Assembly: GCA_951406725.2 (NCBI GenBank)
Contig: OX597826.1
Location: forward strand, 59,768,001-59,832,000
Direction of reading: 5' to 3'
Length of the DNA stretch: 64,000 bases
Source: Octopus vulgaris
Lineage: Eukaryota
The position numbers were made by a program, and so were the translations under genes. Below the pieces are notes generated by a model. That model worked only from the letters and a program-made list of their open reading frames with translations, had not been told where the DNA came from and did no database searches. Positions 1-13,208 of the stretch are shown piece by piece (the stretch's first letter is position 1; the number at the start of each line of letters is the position of its first letter).

Positions 1-66
<66 letters not shown>
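1..66. repeat. (TAT)n microsatellite
   Basis: Perfect trinucleotide run. Confidence 0.98.
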
Positions 67-70
<4 letters not shown>

Positions 71-747
71 ATATGATGTTGCTCGTAACCGATGCTGGAA
101 CTTAGTGATTGTGGATTTGATGTTGGCTCTTTTTGTGTAGTTGGTAATGGCCGTGATTTTAGTTGTGTTGGTGATATTCGCAGTGTTATTACTGGTGTTA
201 TCTTCTTTGGAACGATGCTGTTCAAAATTATGAGTAACAGGGTTGATGTGATTGACAACGTTGGGGATAATGACATTTATTATTATAGCGAGGTCAATGT
301 GAACGATAGCAATGTTAATTACAAGGTCGAAAAAATGCGGAGAAAGCCAAGTGTAATGATGTTCGTGAGATAGATGTTAACGCAGGGTAAAGTGAAAAAT
401 ATAAATATGATGGAATGATAACCAACAGTTGGTAAAACTTAAGAATTACGAATTTTGTATTTAAATATGTTTTGTTCGGTGAGCTGCAAACTGGGTGCAT
501 CATTATTATTTTATTCTTGTATTATTTTATTTGTTTCAGTCATTTGACTGCGGCCATGCTGGAGCACCGCCTTTAGTCGAGCAAATCGATCCCAGGACTT
601 CTTCTTTGTAAGCCTAGTACTTATTCTATCGGTCTTTCTTGCCGAACCGCTATGTTACGGGGACGTAAACACACCAGCCAGCATCGGTTGTCAAGCGATG
701 CTGGGGTACAAACACAGGCACAGAAACATATATATATATATATATAT

Positions 748-1249
748 TTCACAATCAAGGAACGGCCATAATAGGCCATTCACCCACTAGAAATAACAGC
801 CAAAGCTTTAACCGCAAAATAACATTAATTCCGTAAACCAGGAGAAAATTAAAAAAACATTTACCCTGTAATTTCTTATACGATGCACCGTTTCATCTAC
901 TGTTTAATGGTAAACTAACCTGATTAAATTAAATCAAGCCAATCTTCCATAGGCCCTTAGATTCCTCAGTAAGAAATAGCCAGAACGGAACAGATATTTT
1001 CACGAGGCATTTCCGTCCCTGCCTCGGCAATATCTGACCTAAAATTTTCAAATCATCGCACTCGCGCCAAATTTATCGGCAGCAAATAAATATAAGCCGC
1101 CGATTCCATTACGGAATCAACCAGAAAATTCATAATTAATCAATATAGGGTGGCAAAAAAAAATTTTGTAGAATTTTTTTGCCACCAGCGGCCTAGTGGG
1201 AAAAAATTAAATAGTCATAGACCATTTATAAGTTCAACTTCACAATCAA
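748..1249 (-). mobile_element. Retrozyme-like element subfamily A, ~1.02 units (491-bp unit)
   Basis: TTCACAATC at 748 recurs at 1239 (period 491); near-perfect reverse complement of 1248-1788; hammerhead at 871-977; no ORF. Confidence 0.8.
871..977 (-). ncRNA. Type I hammerhead ribozyme (GUA cleavage)
   Basis: Reverse complement of 1448-1554: CTGAGGA at 969-963, GAAA at 894-891. Confidence 0.85.
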
Positions 1250-1784
1250 AATTCTACAAAAATTTTTTTTGCCACCCTATATTGATTAATTATGAATTTT
1301 CTGGTTGATTCCGTAATGGAATCGGCGGCTTATATTTATTTGCTGCCGATAAATTTGGCGCGAGTGCGATGATTTGAAAATTTTAGGTCAGATATTGCCG
1401 AGGCAGGGACGGAAATGCCTCGTTAAAATATCTGTTCCGTTCTGGCTATTTCTTACTGAGGAATCTAAGGGCCTATGGAAGATTGGCTTGATTTAATTTA
1501 ATCAGGTTAGTTTACCATTAAACAGTAGATGAAACGGTGCATCGTATAAGAAATTACAGGGTAAATGTTTTTTTAATTTTCTCCTGGTTTACGGAATTAA
1601 TGTTATTTTGCGGTTAAAGCTTTGGCTGTTATTTCTAGTGGGTGAATGGCCTATTATGGCCGTTCCTTGATTGTGAAGTTGAACTTATAAATGGTCTATG
1701 ACTATTTAATTTTTTCCCACTAGGCCGCTGGTGGCAAAAAAATTCTACAAAATTTTTTTTTTGCCACCCTATATTGATTAATTA

Positions 1785-1788
<4 letters not shown>
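1248..1788 (+). mobile_element. Retrozyme-like element subfamily A, ~1.1 units
   Basis: TTCTACAAAA at 1252 recurs at 1743 (period 491); runs directly into (TA)n; chain of hairpins. Confidence 0.8.
1448..1554 (+). ncRNA. Type I hammerhead ribozyme with 68-nt stem II
   Basis: Stem I ATTTCTTA(1448-55)/TAAGAAAT(1547-54); CTGAGGA 1456-62; stem II ATCTA/TAGAT; GAAA 1531-34; stem III ACGGT-GC-ATCGT; cleavage after GTA (1546). Confidence 0.87.
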
Positions 1789-1824
<36 letters not shown>

Positions 1825-3041
1825 TGTCTGTCTCTGTGTGTGTGTGTGTATTCATACGACGGGTTTCTTTCAGTTTCCCTCTACTAAATTCACTCACAAG
1901 TCTTTGGTCGGCCCGTGGTTATAGTAGAAGACACTTGCCTAAGGTGACACGCAGTGAGACTGAACCTGGAACCATGTGGTTGGTAAGCAAGCTGCTTACC
2001 ACACAGCCACTCCTGAGACTTTTTTTATGTAGACAAATAAATATTTGTTATTCCTACCTACCAATTAATATTATTCTAACTTAGAAAACTTCATCGACAA
2101 ATTTAAGCGGTATGGTAAGACGTCGGTGGGTGTAAACCGTGAGTAAATTTTAAATATCGTTTTGAACTCGCAACACTTTACATTATTCTGATGGTATTTT
2201 TAACAAGTACTAAAACCTCACATACACCAACGTCACATCTATGTATTTATATTTTACTTGAATGCGAGCAATTTTACACCTTTCAAGATAAAATGAATAA
2301 ATCCTTAGAGACAAACTACAAAAAATAAATGGCTCATACGTTTAATATCCTATAGTCAGTTGAAACCAATTCCTTTTATTCTCACAGAAAATAGTAGGAA
2401 TGCCACATCTCTTGTGTATACGAATTTATATAGGAATTTCAGTTTATTGTATGTGATTTTAACAGATATTTAACATGACTGACACGGATCATTTAGAACA
2501 AGATGAGTGAGAAAGGACACTTTATGCATGAGCTCTTGTGCGTTTCTGGCCTTTGTTAGGATTATTTTAGGATTATTTTATTCCGTTATCTCTCTAAACG
2601 TTGTTACCTTTAAGCATATATGTATCTGCGCAGAGAGAAACAGCAGCTTTTCTCTGATGGTCGGTCATGTGCTTTCCAGATCATATTCTAGAAATTAAAA
2701 CAATGACCTAGCAGTACTCCTCATGCAGCCATGTGCCCCACGGTGACTAGTCAGAGTCCACTTTCTCCAGGCATTGGTTTCATTTAAACTACACGAAAAT
2801 TTACCTAGATAAGAAATTAAGTTGTGAGATTGAACTTGAGATCATGATGGCAAAGCGAAAGTCTTGTCCTACAGAGTCATGCATGCGCATATAATATATT
2901 ATAATGTAATATGATATAATATAATATGATATAATATAATATAATATAATATAATATAATGTAATATGATATAATATAATACACTAGAGCATAATATAAT
3001 GTAATATAATATTTATATATATATACACGCATACATACAGG

Positions 3042-3088
<47 letters not shown>

Positions 3089-3236
3089 TTACATATACAT
3101 ATATATTTACATATGCATATATATATATATATATATATTTACATATACATATGCGTGTATATTCTATATATATTTATGCATATGCATAAATATATAAACA
3201 TATGCACATATACATGTATATGCATACATATACACA

Positions 3237-3303
<67 letters not shown>

Positions 3304-4269
3304 TTATATGATATATGTTTGTGCATGTATGTATATATATGATACATGTGAATGTATGTATGTATGTATGTGTCTGTATATTAACAAAAAAATGGATAAA
3401 CAACTAATAAGTCCTCCTTATCGCATGAAAATCGACTTTATATGAAAAACTTTATTCAACGTTTCATAATGTACAATTTGAAATTCTCACTTGAAACCAC
3501 TTATCAGATATAACATTCAGCCTTGCTTGATATCTGCAAGATTGTTAGTTTATTTTTTCTCTCTCGCTTTATTCGTTGTAAAACGAAATAAAATAAATAT
3601 ATATTGAGTAGATTTCCTTCACAATCATTGAAGCTGTTTTCATATATAATTCATATTGCTGTGTAAGAACATCTTTATATTTGTCCTGTTGGATTTATTA
3701 AACCTAATATCAATTCTCATCTCTATTCTATCCGTATCGTATTATCTAAAAGTATATGTATACTAAATTTCCTTTATCTTGCTTAACTCTGAAATTGTGT
3801 CTCAAATTTTCACTGTCGAACAGTTTATAATGTACAGCTTCTAAAGAACCTTAAAACACAACTAGCATATAACGAATATGTTTAATGTGAATATTTCGTT
3901 CATGCTGATTTTTAAAAACTTTGCCATCGATTTTTGACTAATCACTGGAAACTATGGTGCCATATTTTTATCTTATATCCTTTACGTGCTTTAGTCATTG
4001 GACAGCAGCCATGCTGAGAAGCCGTCTTGGAATGTTTTGGTAAGCAATTTGGTTGCATTATCTAATATTTTAAGTCTGTTGCTTAACACATAAGTATTTT
4101 TTGCCGACCTGATAAACTACGTACATGTAAACAAACCAAAATCAGTTATCAAACACAAGCACAAAAACGCACACACACATACACATAAGTACATACATGC
4201 ACAGGTACGTATATAAGCATAAATACGTACGTGCATACACCTTTGAATGTCGTAACATATCCCTTCATC

Positions 4270-5330
4270 TTTTAACCAGCAAGTGTCGAAGTGCATCCCT
4301 TGACCAAGTATGCTTACGTGAGACTGATAAAATCATAAGAATTGGAACGCAGCTCCTTGAGCAACGTTCTTCGTCTGATAACCTAGAATACATGTCCAAA
4401 GAAGTTGCACTACTCTACTGCAACTTTTCATCAGAAGAAAGGATGAGTGGAAGACTATGCAAGGGTATGGTAGTAGAAAGCTTCGAGATTTTAGTAACAT
4501 TGATCATCCAAGCATTTTATCATGGACCAATAGCCGGATATTCACTACGAAGGGCATGCATCTGCAATCCTGGAACAGGAAATATCAATGAAATACCTGA
4601 TGCACAAAAGGGATAGAGATGCAGGAAAAGCATTAATGCAGACTTTAACATGCATTAACATTAATGTCAACATTAATGCAGACTTTGTGGAGTTAACACC
4701 GAAGATATCATTCACATCAGAAGCAGTCGTTTTAAAATGACAAGTTGTTGTATCTAGGACACTGTATAAGGAAATCTGCGGAAAAGGATAATCCCGAAGA
4801 CAAAGAAATAAGAACCCACAGAATTGTAGAAGCCATAGCCACTCATAATAAAAAGGAGTACTGGTAGAATGTCTTAGCGAAGATCTCACTAAAATGTAAG
4901 CACAACAGACCTGATATAACGATTTGGGATAAGGAAAAGAAACTTTGTACAGTTGTGGAAATTAGCTGTCTAGTGGATGTTAACATGAAGCAGAAGATCA
5001 GCGAAAAAGAGAATTCCTATGCTGAACTATTGCGAAATCTGAAGTTACTCTATCCTAGATAAGAAGTTCAGGTTTATACCTGTAATTATTGGGGCGCTGA
5101 GATATGTAGCATACTGCCTAAATACCAATCTTGAGAAATTAGACTTCTCAAAACCAGAAAGGAGAAAGCTAATTCGAAGACCACAAATCCAATCCATCAC
5201 GGGAACTGTAAAAATCTGTAAAACTTTCCAAAAGTTCATCATTTAAATACATATGAGCATGTCTAGATATGCAGCTATATGCATAGAAATAAACGTATAA
5301 AGCAAAACATACAAATATGCACATATGCAT
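4270..5330 (+). mobile_element. Decayed 3' part of an RLE-type non-LTR retrotransposon (R4/Dong/NeSL-like)
   Basis: Hand translation gives CRLCGVNTEDIIHI (CCHC knuckle, 4677) and HNRPDITIWDKEKKLCTVVEISC...IPVIIGAL (restriction-like endonuclease, 4901 onward); stop 5244-46; frameshifts present. Confidence 0.8.
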
Positions 5331-5906
5331 ACCTACAAACAAAACTACCCTGTTGCAATTCCAATGAAGGAGTCTTGGATCTAGGTCACAAACTTGATCT
5401 AGTTTACAATGGCGTGTATACATACGTTTACGACTACGAAATCCACGCACTGCATTGGTCCGCTTGGGACATATAATAAAAGAGACTTGCCCAAAGTGCC
5501 ACGCAATAGATCTGAACCCCCAAAACCTGTGACTGTAAGACCCCCATCACAGTCTAAATTAATTAATTCCATTTGATTCATTAGTCTTTAAACATAGGAA
5601 GGAAGATAAGTAATATATGTTCTTGAAGTGGTTGTTTAACGTCAATTTTTTTTTCTGGTGTTGAGGATATTCTGTGGCATGTCTAACAAAGATGGTGACC
5701 ATCATGAATATTATTGCGGATTGACTGAATAGTTTGAGCGCTAATACACCTTGCGACATTTGATCAGTCTCTTCATGTCATGAGTTCAAATCTAGCCGAA
5801 GTTAACCTTGCCTTTTCATCTTTTCAGGACGATAAAATAAATTACTAATTAAGTGATTGTATCGACTAGTCCGTCTCAACTCAAAACTTGCTAGCCTTGT
5901 GTCTAA

Positions 5907-5910
5907 ATGG

Positions 5911-5971
<61 letters not shown>

Positions 5972-5993
5972 AATCATCATCATCATCATCATA

Positions 5994-6070
<77 letters not shown>

Positions 6071-6075
6071 CATCA

Positions 6076-6172
<97 letters not shown>
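5907..6172. repeat. Compound (ATC)/(ATT) microsatellite
   Basis: Direct inspection. Confidence 0.97.
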
Positions 6173-6175
6173 TTA

Positions 6176-6358
6176 AAGCGGTGAGCTGACAGAATCATTA
6201 GCACGCCGGCAAAAATGATTAGCTGCATTTCGTCCGTCCTTTCGTTCTGAGTTCAAATTCCGACGAGGTCGACTTTGCCTTTCATTCTTTCGAGGCCAAT
6301 AAAATAAGTTCCAGTCGAGCACTGGGGTCGATGTAATCGACTAGTCTCTTCCCCCCAA
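6176..6358 (+). mobile_element. SINE family B copy
   Basis: GAGCTGACAGAATC...GAGTTCAAATTCC (B-box-like)...GGTCGACTTTGCCTTTCAT; multi-copy in window. Confidence 0.85.
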
Positions 6359-6359
6359 A

Positions 6360-6360
<1 letters not shown>

Positions 6361-6401
<41 letters not shown>

Positions 6402-6503
6402 GTTGTTGTTGTTGTTTTTGTTGTTGTTGTCTGTTGTTGTTGTTGTTGTTGTTCTTCTTCTTCTTCTTCTTCTTATTATTATTTTGTTGTTGTTGTTGTT
6501 GTT

Positions 6504-6534
<31 letters not shown>

Positions 6535-6598
6535 TTATTATTATTATTATTGTTGTTGTTTTTGTTGTTTTTGTTGTTGTTGTGTTGTTGTTGTTGTT

Positions 6599-6629
<31 letters not shown>

Positions 6630-6644
6630 TTATTATTATTATTA

Positions 6645-6676
<32 letters not shown>

Positions 6677-6953
6677 GTTGTTGTTGTTGTTGTCGTTGTC
6701 GTCGTTGTTGTTGTTGTTGTTGTTCTTGTTCTTCTTCTTCTTATTATTATTATTATTGTCATGCGTTATACTCTCTAGTTTGCGAAACCTGCAATGTCTG
6801 ATTTAATTCACTATTGTTGTTGTTGTTGTTGTTGTTCTTCTTCTTCTTCTTCTTTTCTTCTTCTTATTATTATTATTATTGTTGTTGTTTTTGTTGTTTT
6901 TGTTGTTGTTGTTGTTGTTGTTCTTCTTCTTCTTCTTCTTCTTCTTATTATTT

Positions 6954-7003
<50 letters not shown>

Positions 7004-7072
7004 GTTGTTGTTGTTGTTGTCGTTGTCGTTGTTGTTGTTGTTGTTCTTCTTCTTCTTCTTCTTCTTCTTCTT

Positions 7073-7103
<31 letters not shown>

Positions 7104-7186
7104 TTATTATTATTATTATTATTATTATTGTCATGCGTTATACTCTCTAGTTTGCGAAACCTGCAATGTCTGATTTAATTCACTAT
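6361..7186. repeat. Compound TTA/TTG/TTC tract with a duplicated 57-bp unique spacer (period 372)
   Basis: GTCATGCGTTATACTCTCTAG...TTCACTA at 6758 and 7130. Confidence 0.93.
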
Positions 7187-7799
7187 AATTCTGTTTCTGA
7201 ATCAAGCTAGCGTGGTACAAATGTTCTCAGTATTCCCCTTTCTAAAGTTAATTTGGTGCGTTTTCGTAATCCGAGTTCGTACACTATTCGCATTAATGGT
7301 TCTAGTTGCTTATCATTTGCAACAAATAATTTGGGTCTAATCCAAAATACTGAAAATAGTTGATTGCCCTGGTATGGGTTTTATTAAAAGAAAAGGAGAG
7401 CTGAAGCATATGGCATTTAAAAAAAATATTTTTAATCTTTCGTATTTATAATTTCTTCGTTCATTGGGAGTATGATTGGGACAAAAAAGGTGAGAGAGAA
7501 AGAGCGGAATAATGAAAGGTAGAGCGCTTTGAACAGTAAAGTAACCAGCGGTAATACAAACAGATCAAATTTACTTTTGTTCAAGTTATTTTACCTGTTG
7601 GTGTTCTGGGAATTGCGGAGGATATCACCACATCTTTCTACACTTCTGGGGCAGATGATCGGAATGCCTCTACTCCCTCGACAGCACTCATTCTTTTGTT
7701 AGAATGCGAAGCAAATGAAGGACAGATAACGAAAAAAACAATATAACTGCAGAGGATAGAGGAAAAATAGAAAAAAAAAAAAAGAGTAGAAAGAAGAGA

Positions 7800-8300
7800 A
7801 TGACCATGAGAGAAAGCAAAGTTGTGTGTAAAACAAGCGAAGAACATTCCACCTGAATTCATCAGTTATGAGAAGAGCAACATATCTCTCAGATCGGAAA
7901 TGTCGGTTTAAAGTCGATTAATATCAAGTTGCACAGTTTCATTAGAAACTGTTAAAGCCAATATATAAAAGACACGCACAATGGATGTTTGTGGTGCACA
8001 GAACGGTAATGTACTTTAGCATGCAATGAAAACAGCGAGGTGTTGTTTCACGTTGGCGCTTACGACCAATCAGTAAAAAGACAGTAGGCGCATAGACATG
8101 CACCAAGATTCAAGATGAGCAATGTTTTGCTGGTCAAGATAAGGCAAGCAAAATATGTGATATCAAGCTTTCATTGAGATCTGCACTTCTTCGCGCTAGA
8201 AACTTCTGAAGGGAGACTAAAGGATCCACAAGAGAAATTTTGAGACACCTATTGTTCTTATTGGGGTTTGCATTAGGCTCTTGAATAAGCGGAATTTCGA
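7800..8300 (+). mobile_element. Possible heavily decayed Helitron Rep-region fragment
   Basis: Broken translation (HR.AP...VLLV...CDI.L..R...DP...LLF..G) resembles the Helitron RxNAP...RDI...YDxLxYPLLF segment; many stops. Confidence 0.3.
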
Positions 8301-8503
8301 CTCCGGTACACATTTTAAGATCTACTTCTTACAAACGCAAATGCCCAAACATATATATATATATGTACATACATTCATACATACATAAATGTGTGCGTGT
8401 ATATATACACACACACATACACTCAAAACACACACAGATGCATACATACATATATATATATATACATATATCTATACATACATACATACATATACACACA
8501 CAC

Positions 8504-8541
<38 letters not shown>

Positions 8542-9217
8542 ACACACATATTGACATGACAGGCTCCATTCTGTTTTCTTCATCTAAAATGACTCCCTTT
8601 GGTTGTCCCAGGGCCATGGTACAGGACACTTTGTCTAGGATGTCTCGCAATGGAACTGCATGCAAGACGACACGGTTGAGAAAGGAGTATCTCAACTACA
8701 CAACCACATCGGCACCTATAAGCCACGACTGCGCCTATAAGCCACGCCTATACTTGATTTTATACAGTATTGTTTTTGATAGAAAACATGTATCAGACAT
8801 AGTGATATATTTACTGCGTAACGTCTTGCTCCATGTGTTGCATATATAATTCTTTTCAAGGCGTCCAAGCTTTAGGGTTTAATTCAATTGCTGGTAATAT
8901 TGTTTTCAGCAATGAGTGACGTGATTGTTTTCCTCATTTTTCAGAGAATAAAGTGTTATGTCATACAATGTTCGTTGTTATTTTACTTAGGACGGTCTAC
9001 TCCATACAAGCAGAATTTCTGATTCGTAATCTATGTGTATTACATAGCAGGATGATTTGTTTTGTCGGTGATATAATTCAATTTACTCCAAGCACTGCCA
9101 AGATCGATTAGAGCTACGATAAAAGATTTTCTTCCTATAACCAAATATTGTTATGCTTACCATGCATTAAATTATACAATGTTTCGTTAATCTATCAGCT
9201 GGAATTGAATATATATA

Positions 9218-9795
9218 TATAAGGCGCAATGGGTAAATTGTCGCCATTTTATAGTTTTAATTTCGCGCATGCGTATTGTTTGGTTGTACACCATGACGCA
9301 ATTCACTCTGCGATAAATTTAGAAACGACATACTGTACTACTCGGCATTCGCGCCGGAAGCTCCAATACGAACATTTCGGAGTGTTTGGGTGTCAATCTA
9401 AGGATAGTGTAATTTGAGGACGTGTACCGAGAATGATTAAGATCAAATATCCATTAAACATCATATTGTTTGGAGCGATCACTAGTGATGGCGACGTTAT
9501 GCCTCCCATCATCTTCCCACTCGGCTTCAGACTCAACACGGAGCCCGACATCAAGTGTCTGGTGGAGGTAGTACTGACCTGGGTCAAGAAGGTGGCTGGT
9601 GGACTCTACATCATATTACGCAAGCAGGAGAACCCAGCCATGACTATTAGACAATTTCTTTGACCACATCACTCCTAACATATGGCCACCTATCTCCCCA
9701 GACTCCTGCACTTCTGAATATTAAGTGTGGGGCACAGCTGAGGTAGAGACCAACAAAATTCCTTATAACATCAAAGATTAACTGAAGGCACAGAT
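9218..9795 (+). mobile_element. Internally deleted Tc1/mariner (maT/DD37D-like) transposon relic
   Basis: ORF 9433 KYPLNIILFGAITSDGDVMPPIIFPLGFRLN and downstream WPPISPD...VWG motif; starts at TA followed by TIR-like GGGTAAATTGTCGCC. Confidence 0.75.
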
Positions 9796-9799
9796 TAAT

Positions 9800-10075
9800 A
9801 ATTATCAATTATTAATTGTTAATAATTTTACCGAGTAGTTCCGGCATATTAAAAGAACCATTATCGGTAAACTTAAACACCAATTTTTTTTTTATAATTA
9901 TGAGTATAATTATAATTAGGATTCAGCAAAAAAATTGCTTCACCATATACCGAAAATTTAGAAATAGCAGTCAAACACCTAGATATTTCTCTACCATACG
10001 AGAGTCTCCCAGATAACATATACTCAAAAACAATCCACGTTGGTAAAGAGAAAAAGCAATGAAATTCCGCCGGTT
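9800..10075. mobile_element. Short structured repeat, family C
   Basis: Homologous to 23655-23850 (GGTAAACTTAA, GGTTCAGCAAA, ATACCGAA, AGAAATAG...TATTTCT); long hairpin 9986-10053. Confidence 0.6.
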
Positions 10076-10138
10076 ACGTAAACACACCAGCATCGGTTGT
10101 CAAGCGATGTTGGGGGGAAAACACAGACACAAAAATAT

Positions 10139-10189
<51 letters not shown>

Positions 10190-10347
10190 CATATATACGA
10201 CGGGCTTCTTTCAGTTTCCGTCTAGTAAATCCACTCACAAGGCTTTGGTCGACCCGAGGCTATAGTAGAAGACACTTGCCCAGGTTTCCACGCAGTGGGA
10301 CTGAACCCGGAACTATGTGGCTGGTAAACAAGCTACTTACGACATGC
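10075..10347 (-). mobile_element. SINE family A, 3'-truncated
   Basis: Matches family A head and central part. Confidence 0.88.
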
Positions 10348-10953
10348 ATATACATATATATATATATATATAATATTTATCATATTATGTGTTTGTAGGC
10401 GTCCATGATATAAAGTATCAGGCCATAGCCATCTGTTCAGGCTGAAAAGCAATACCCTATGAATATAGATGTAGGAAATATTCCTCTCTAATCCAGCCTT
10501 GAGATTACTACGAAAGTCAACGTGATTAACTTTCGATTCTGACCAAATCGCTTGGTAGTTATATTGACTATTTTCAGAACATAATAATATTTCAGGAGTC
10601 AACTGTTATGGAAGATGGTTGAGACATTTAGTATACTATTCAGAAAAGAAAACAAATAAAAAGGCAACAAAAAAAATTGGCACTTGCCATTGGTTTGGTA
10701 ATCACGCCATACTAGAATTGGTCATGTCCATATGATTGCTTTATATAACTCAGGAAAATATTAGATTTTAATTATGATATATAGGTAGCATCATCACAAT
10801 CACTGCAGCCCTGTACATATACAGAATAAACATCGGTTTCAGATCCACAAGCGAACACACGTACATAGATTCGAAAAATCAGTATACATACATGCATAAA
10901 CACATACATATGTGCGTATACACGCACACAGAAATGTGTATTTACGCACGTAC

Positions 10954-10995
<42 letters not shown>

Positions 10996-11061
10996 GCACA
11001 CATATATGTATATACATATATATATATATATATATATAAATGTGTGTGCGCTTGTGCACTA

Positions 11062-11102
<41 letters not shown>

Positions 11103-11110
11103 AGTGTGAC

Positions 11111-11156
<46 letters not shown>

Positions 11157-11421
11157 TACACACACACACATATATATATACATATATATATATATACACA
11201 TATAGACATACACACATACAAACAAACATATGTATATATACATATACGTATCTACATAGAGATATTTATGCAAACGAATTGTGCGGATTTGCGTTGTTGC
11301 GAATAACAATATAAAAATGTTCATGGTTTTACACACATAAATTCATATATGTATGCATGCGTGTATACACACCAGGCATGTGTGTATGCGTGTATGCGTC
11401 TGTGTACATATATATCCATAC

Positions 11422-11481
<60 letters not shown>

Positions 11482-11523
11482 AATATATACATCTATATAT
11501 ATATGTATATATATGCATATATA

Positions 11524-11554
<31 letters not shown>

Positions 11555-12263
11555 TTATATATTTATATATATATACATATGCAATTATTATTATGATTGA
11601 CTTTATACTTGTGTACTGTGTGAGTTTATAGGCACGTGGGATCACGAACTTCACATTGGCGGATTTATTTATATTACCATTGTTGTTTTTTTTTTCCTAT
11701 CTTCATTTTTCTATTAAAAGAGAATATGTTAACTGTTATTTTAGTTCGTGTACAGACATACACAATAGACAGGTCCATTTGATTTGTTATTTCCTTGTCT
11801 TATTTTCTCCTAAATTTACTCACTTCTCTTTCAAACCTATGTCAAAACATACGCACAACCGTGTATGCGCTTGCGTCTATATACATAGAAATATGTATAT
11901 GACAGCGTTTCAATATACTTATATGTATATACATAAATTTGAATGTGTGTGTGTACGTATCCTCACACTTACACACACATAGAAACACACACACACACAC
12001 TCACAGATATATAAGTATATGCATGTATACGTATACATATATATATATATATGTATATATATATAGTTGTATATCAATGTAGGTGTGTGTCTATGTGTGT
12101 ATACAGTCGCATTTGCATTTATGATATATCCATGTATGAACACGTATTACTATAATCATATGAACATATACACATATTCACACTAATATGAATAATATAT
12201 ATATACATACATAAATATATATATATAGTTATGTATGCGCGTGCATATTGGCATATATATATA

Positions 12264-12367
<104 letters not shown>

Positions 12368-12459
12368 ATATGTATGTACATTGAACTTTTAAGCGACGTG
12401 CACAATCCAGCAGAATGCTGCCGCAGTGTTTAACAGCAATGAATAAAATTAGAACAGGA

Positions 12460-12515
<56 letters not shown>

Positions 12516-13208
12516 GTAGGTCGCATATAAATATATATGTATGTATGTAAATATATATTTGTATATACGTATAAGTGTGTATACATGAAATAAATAATGA
12601 ATAAATAAAGCAGAAAATAGCTAGAATTATTCTCTCTGAGCAATTTATATTTTTGATGGAAATCGTTTATTTGTCTGTCTATCTTATGACTCATGACTCA
12701 GGGTTTCCAAGATTTCTCAGAAAAGAATGCAATTTTCGTTATTTGTAATTTTTGCTGCTGTTTGCCTTGTTACTATAAAACGACACATCACGCGTGTGTT
12801 ACTGTTGAATGTAATTAACTGCCAAAAACGAATGCGTAGTTCTGGATGAAAATGTTTTCCGCCGTTCTGTTTAACACTCAAATCGTCATATTGAAAATAC
12901 TGCGTATACCCACTTGAATTTTTAGATGCTAATACACATGCTCGACTTTCTAGAGCTAGTAGTCAAATATCGCTCTAATCACTTCTGAGTGTTACAGAAG
13001 AGGAAGTATACACTTGTTAACGTACTTGCATATATTCGCCTGTTGGATATATTTATTCGGTTTTTATCCTCTATTTTAATACTTTCCAATGTTATATGAA
13101 ATAACACGAAAATTGACACAGAATCTTTTACATTTTATGCAAATCTATTCTTCCTATACAACTTTTGTATTTTCAATATATATCTTTTGAAATATTAATA
13201 TATATCTT

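Larger units (their letters stand above)
528..2020 (-). mobile_element. tRNA-derived SINE family A copy, split by a 1.04-kb insertion in its internal (TA)n
   Basis: Tail 528-747 and head 1855-2020 match the uninterrupted copies at 41160-41575 and 50133-50537. Confidence 0.9.

Noticed and set aside
748-1677. Foldback DNA transposon or MITE interpretation of the palindrome
   Set aside because: The spacer and the start of the arm recur beyond the right arm, the ends are not mutual TIRs, and related copies at 53 and 57 kb are non-inverted direct repeats.
9986-10053. Hammerhead reading (CATACGA...AAAA...GTA)
   Set aside because: Needs three core mutations; the region is better explained as one long imperfect hairpin.
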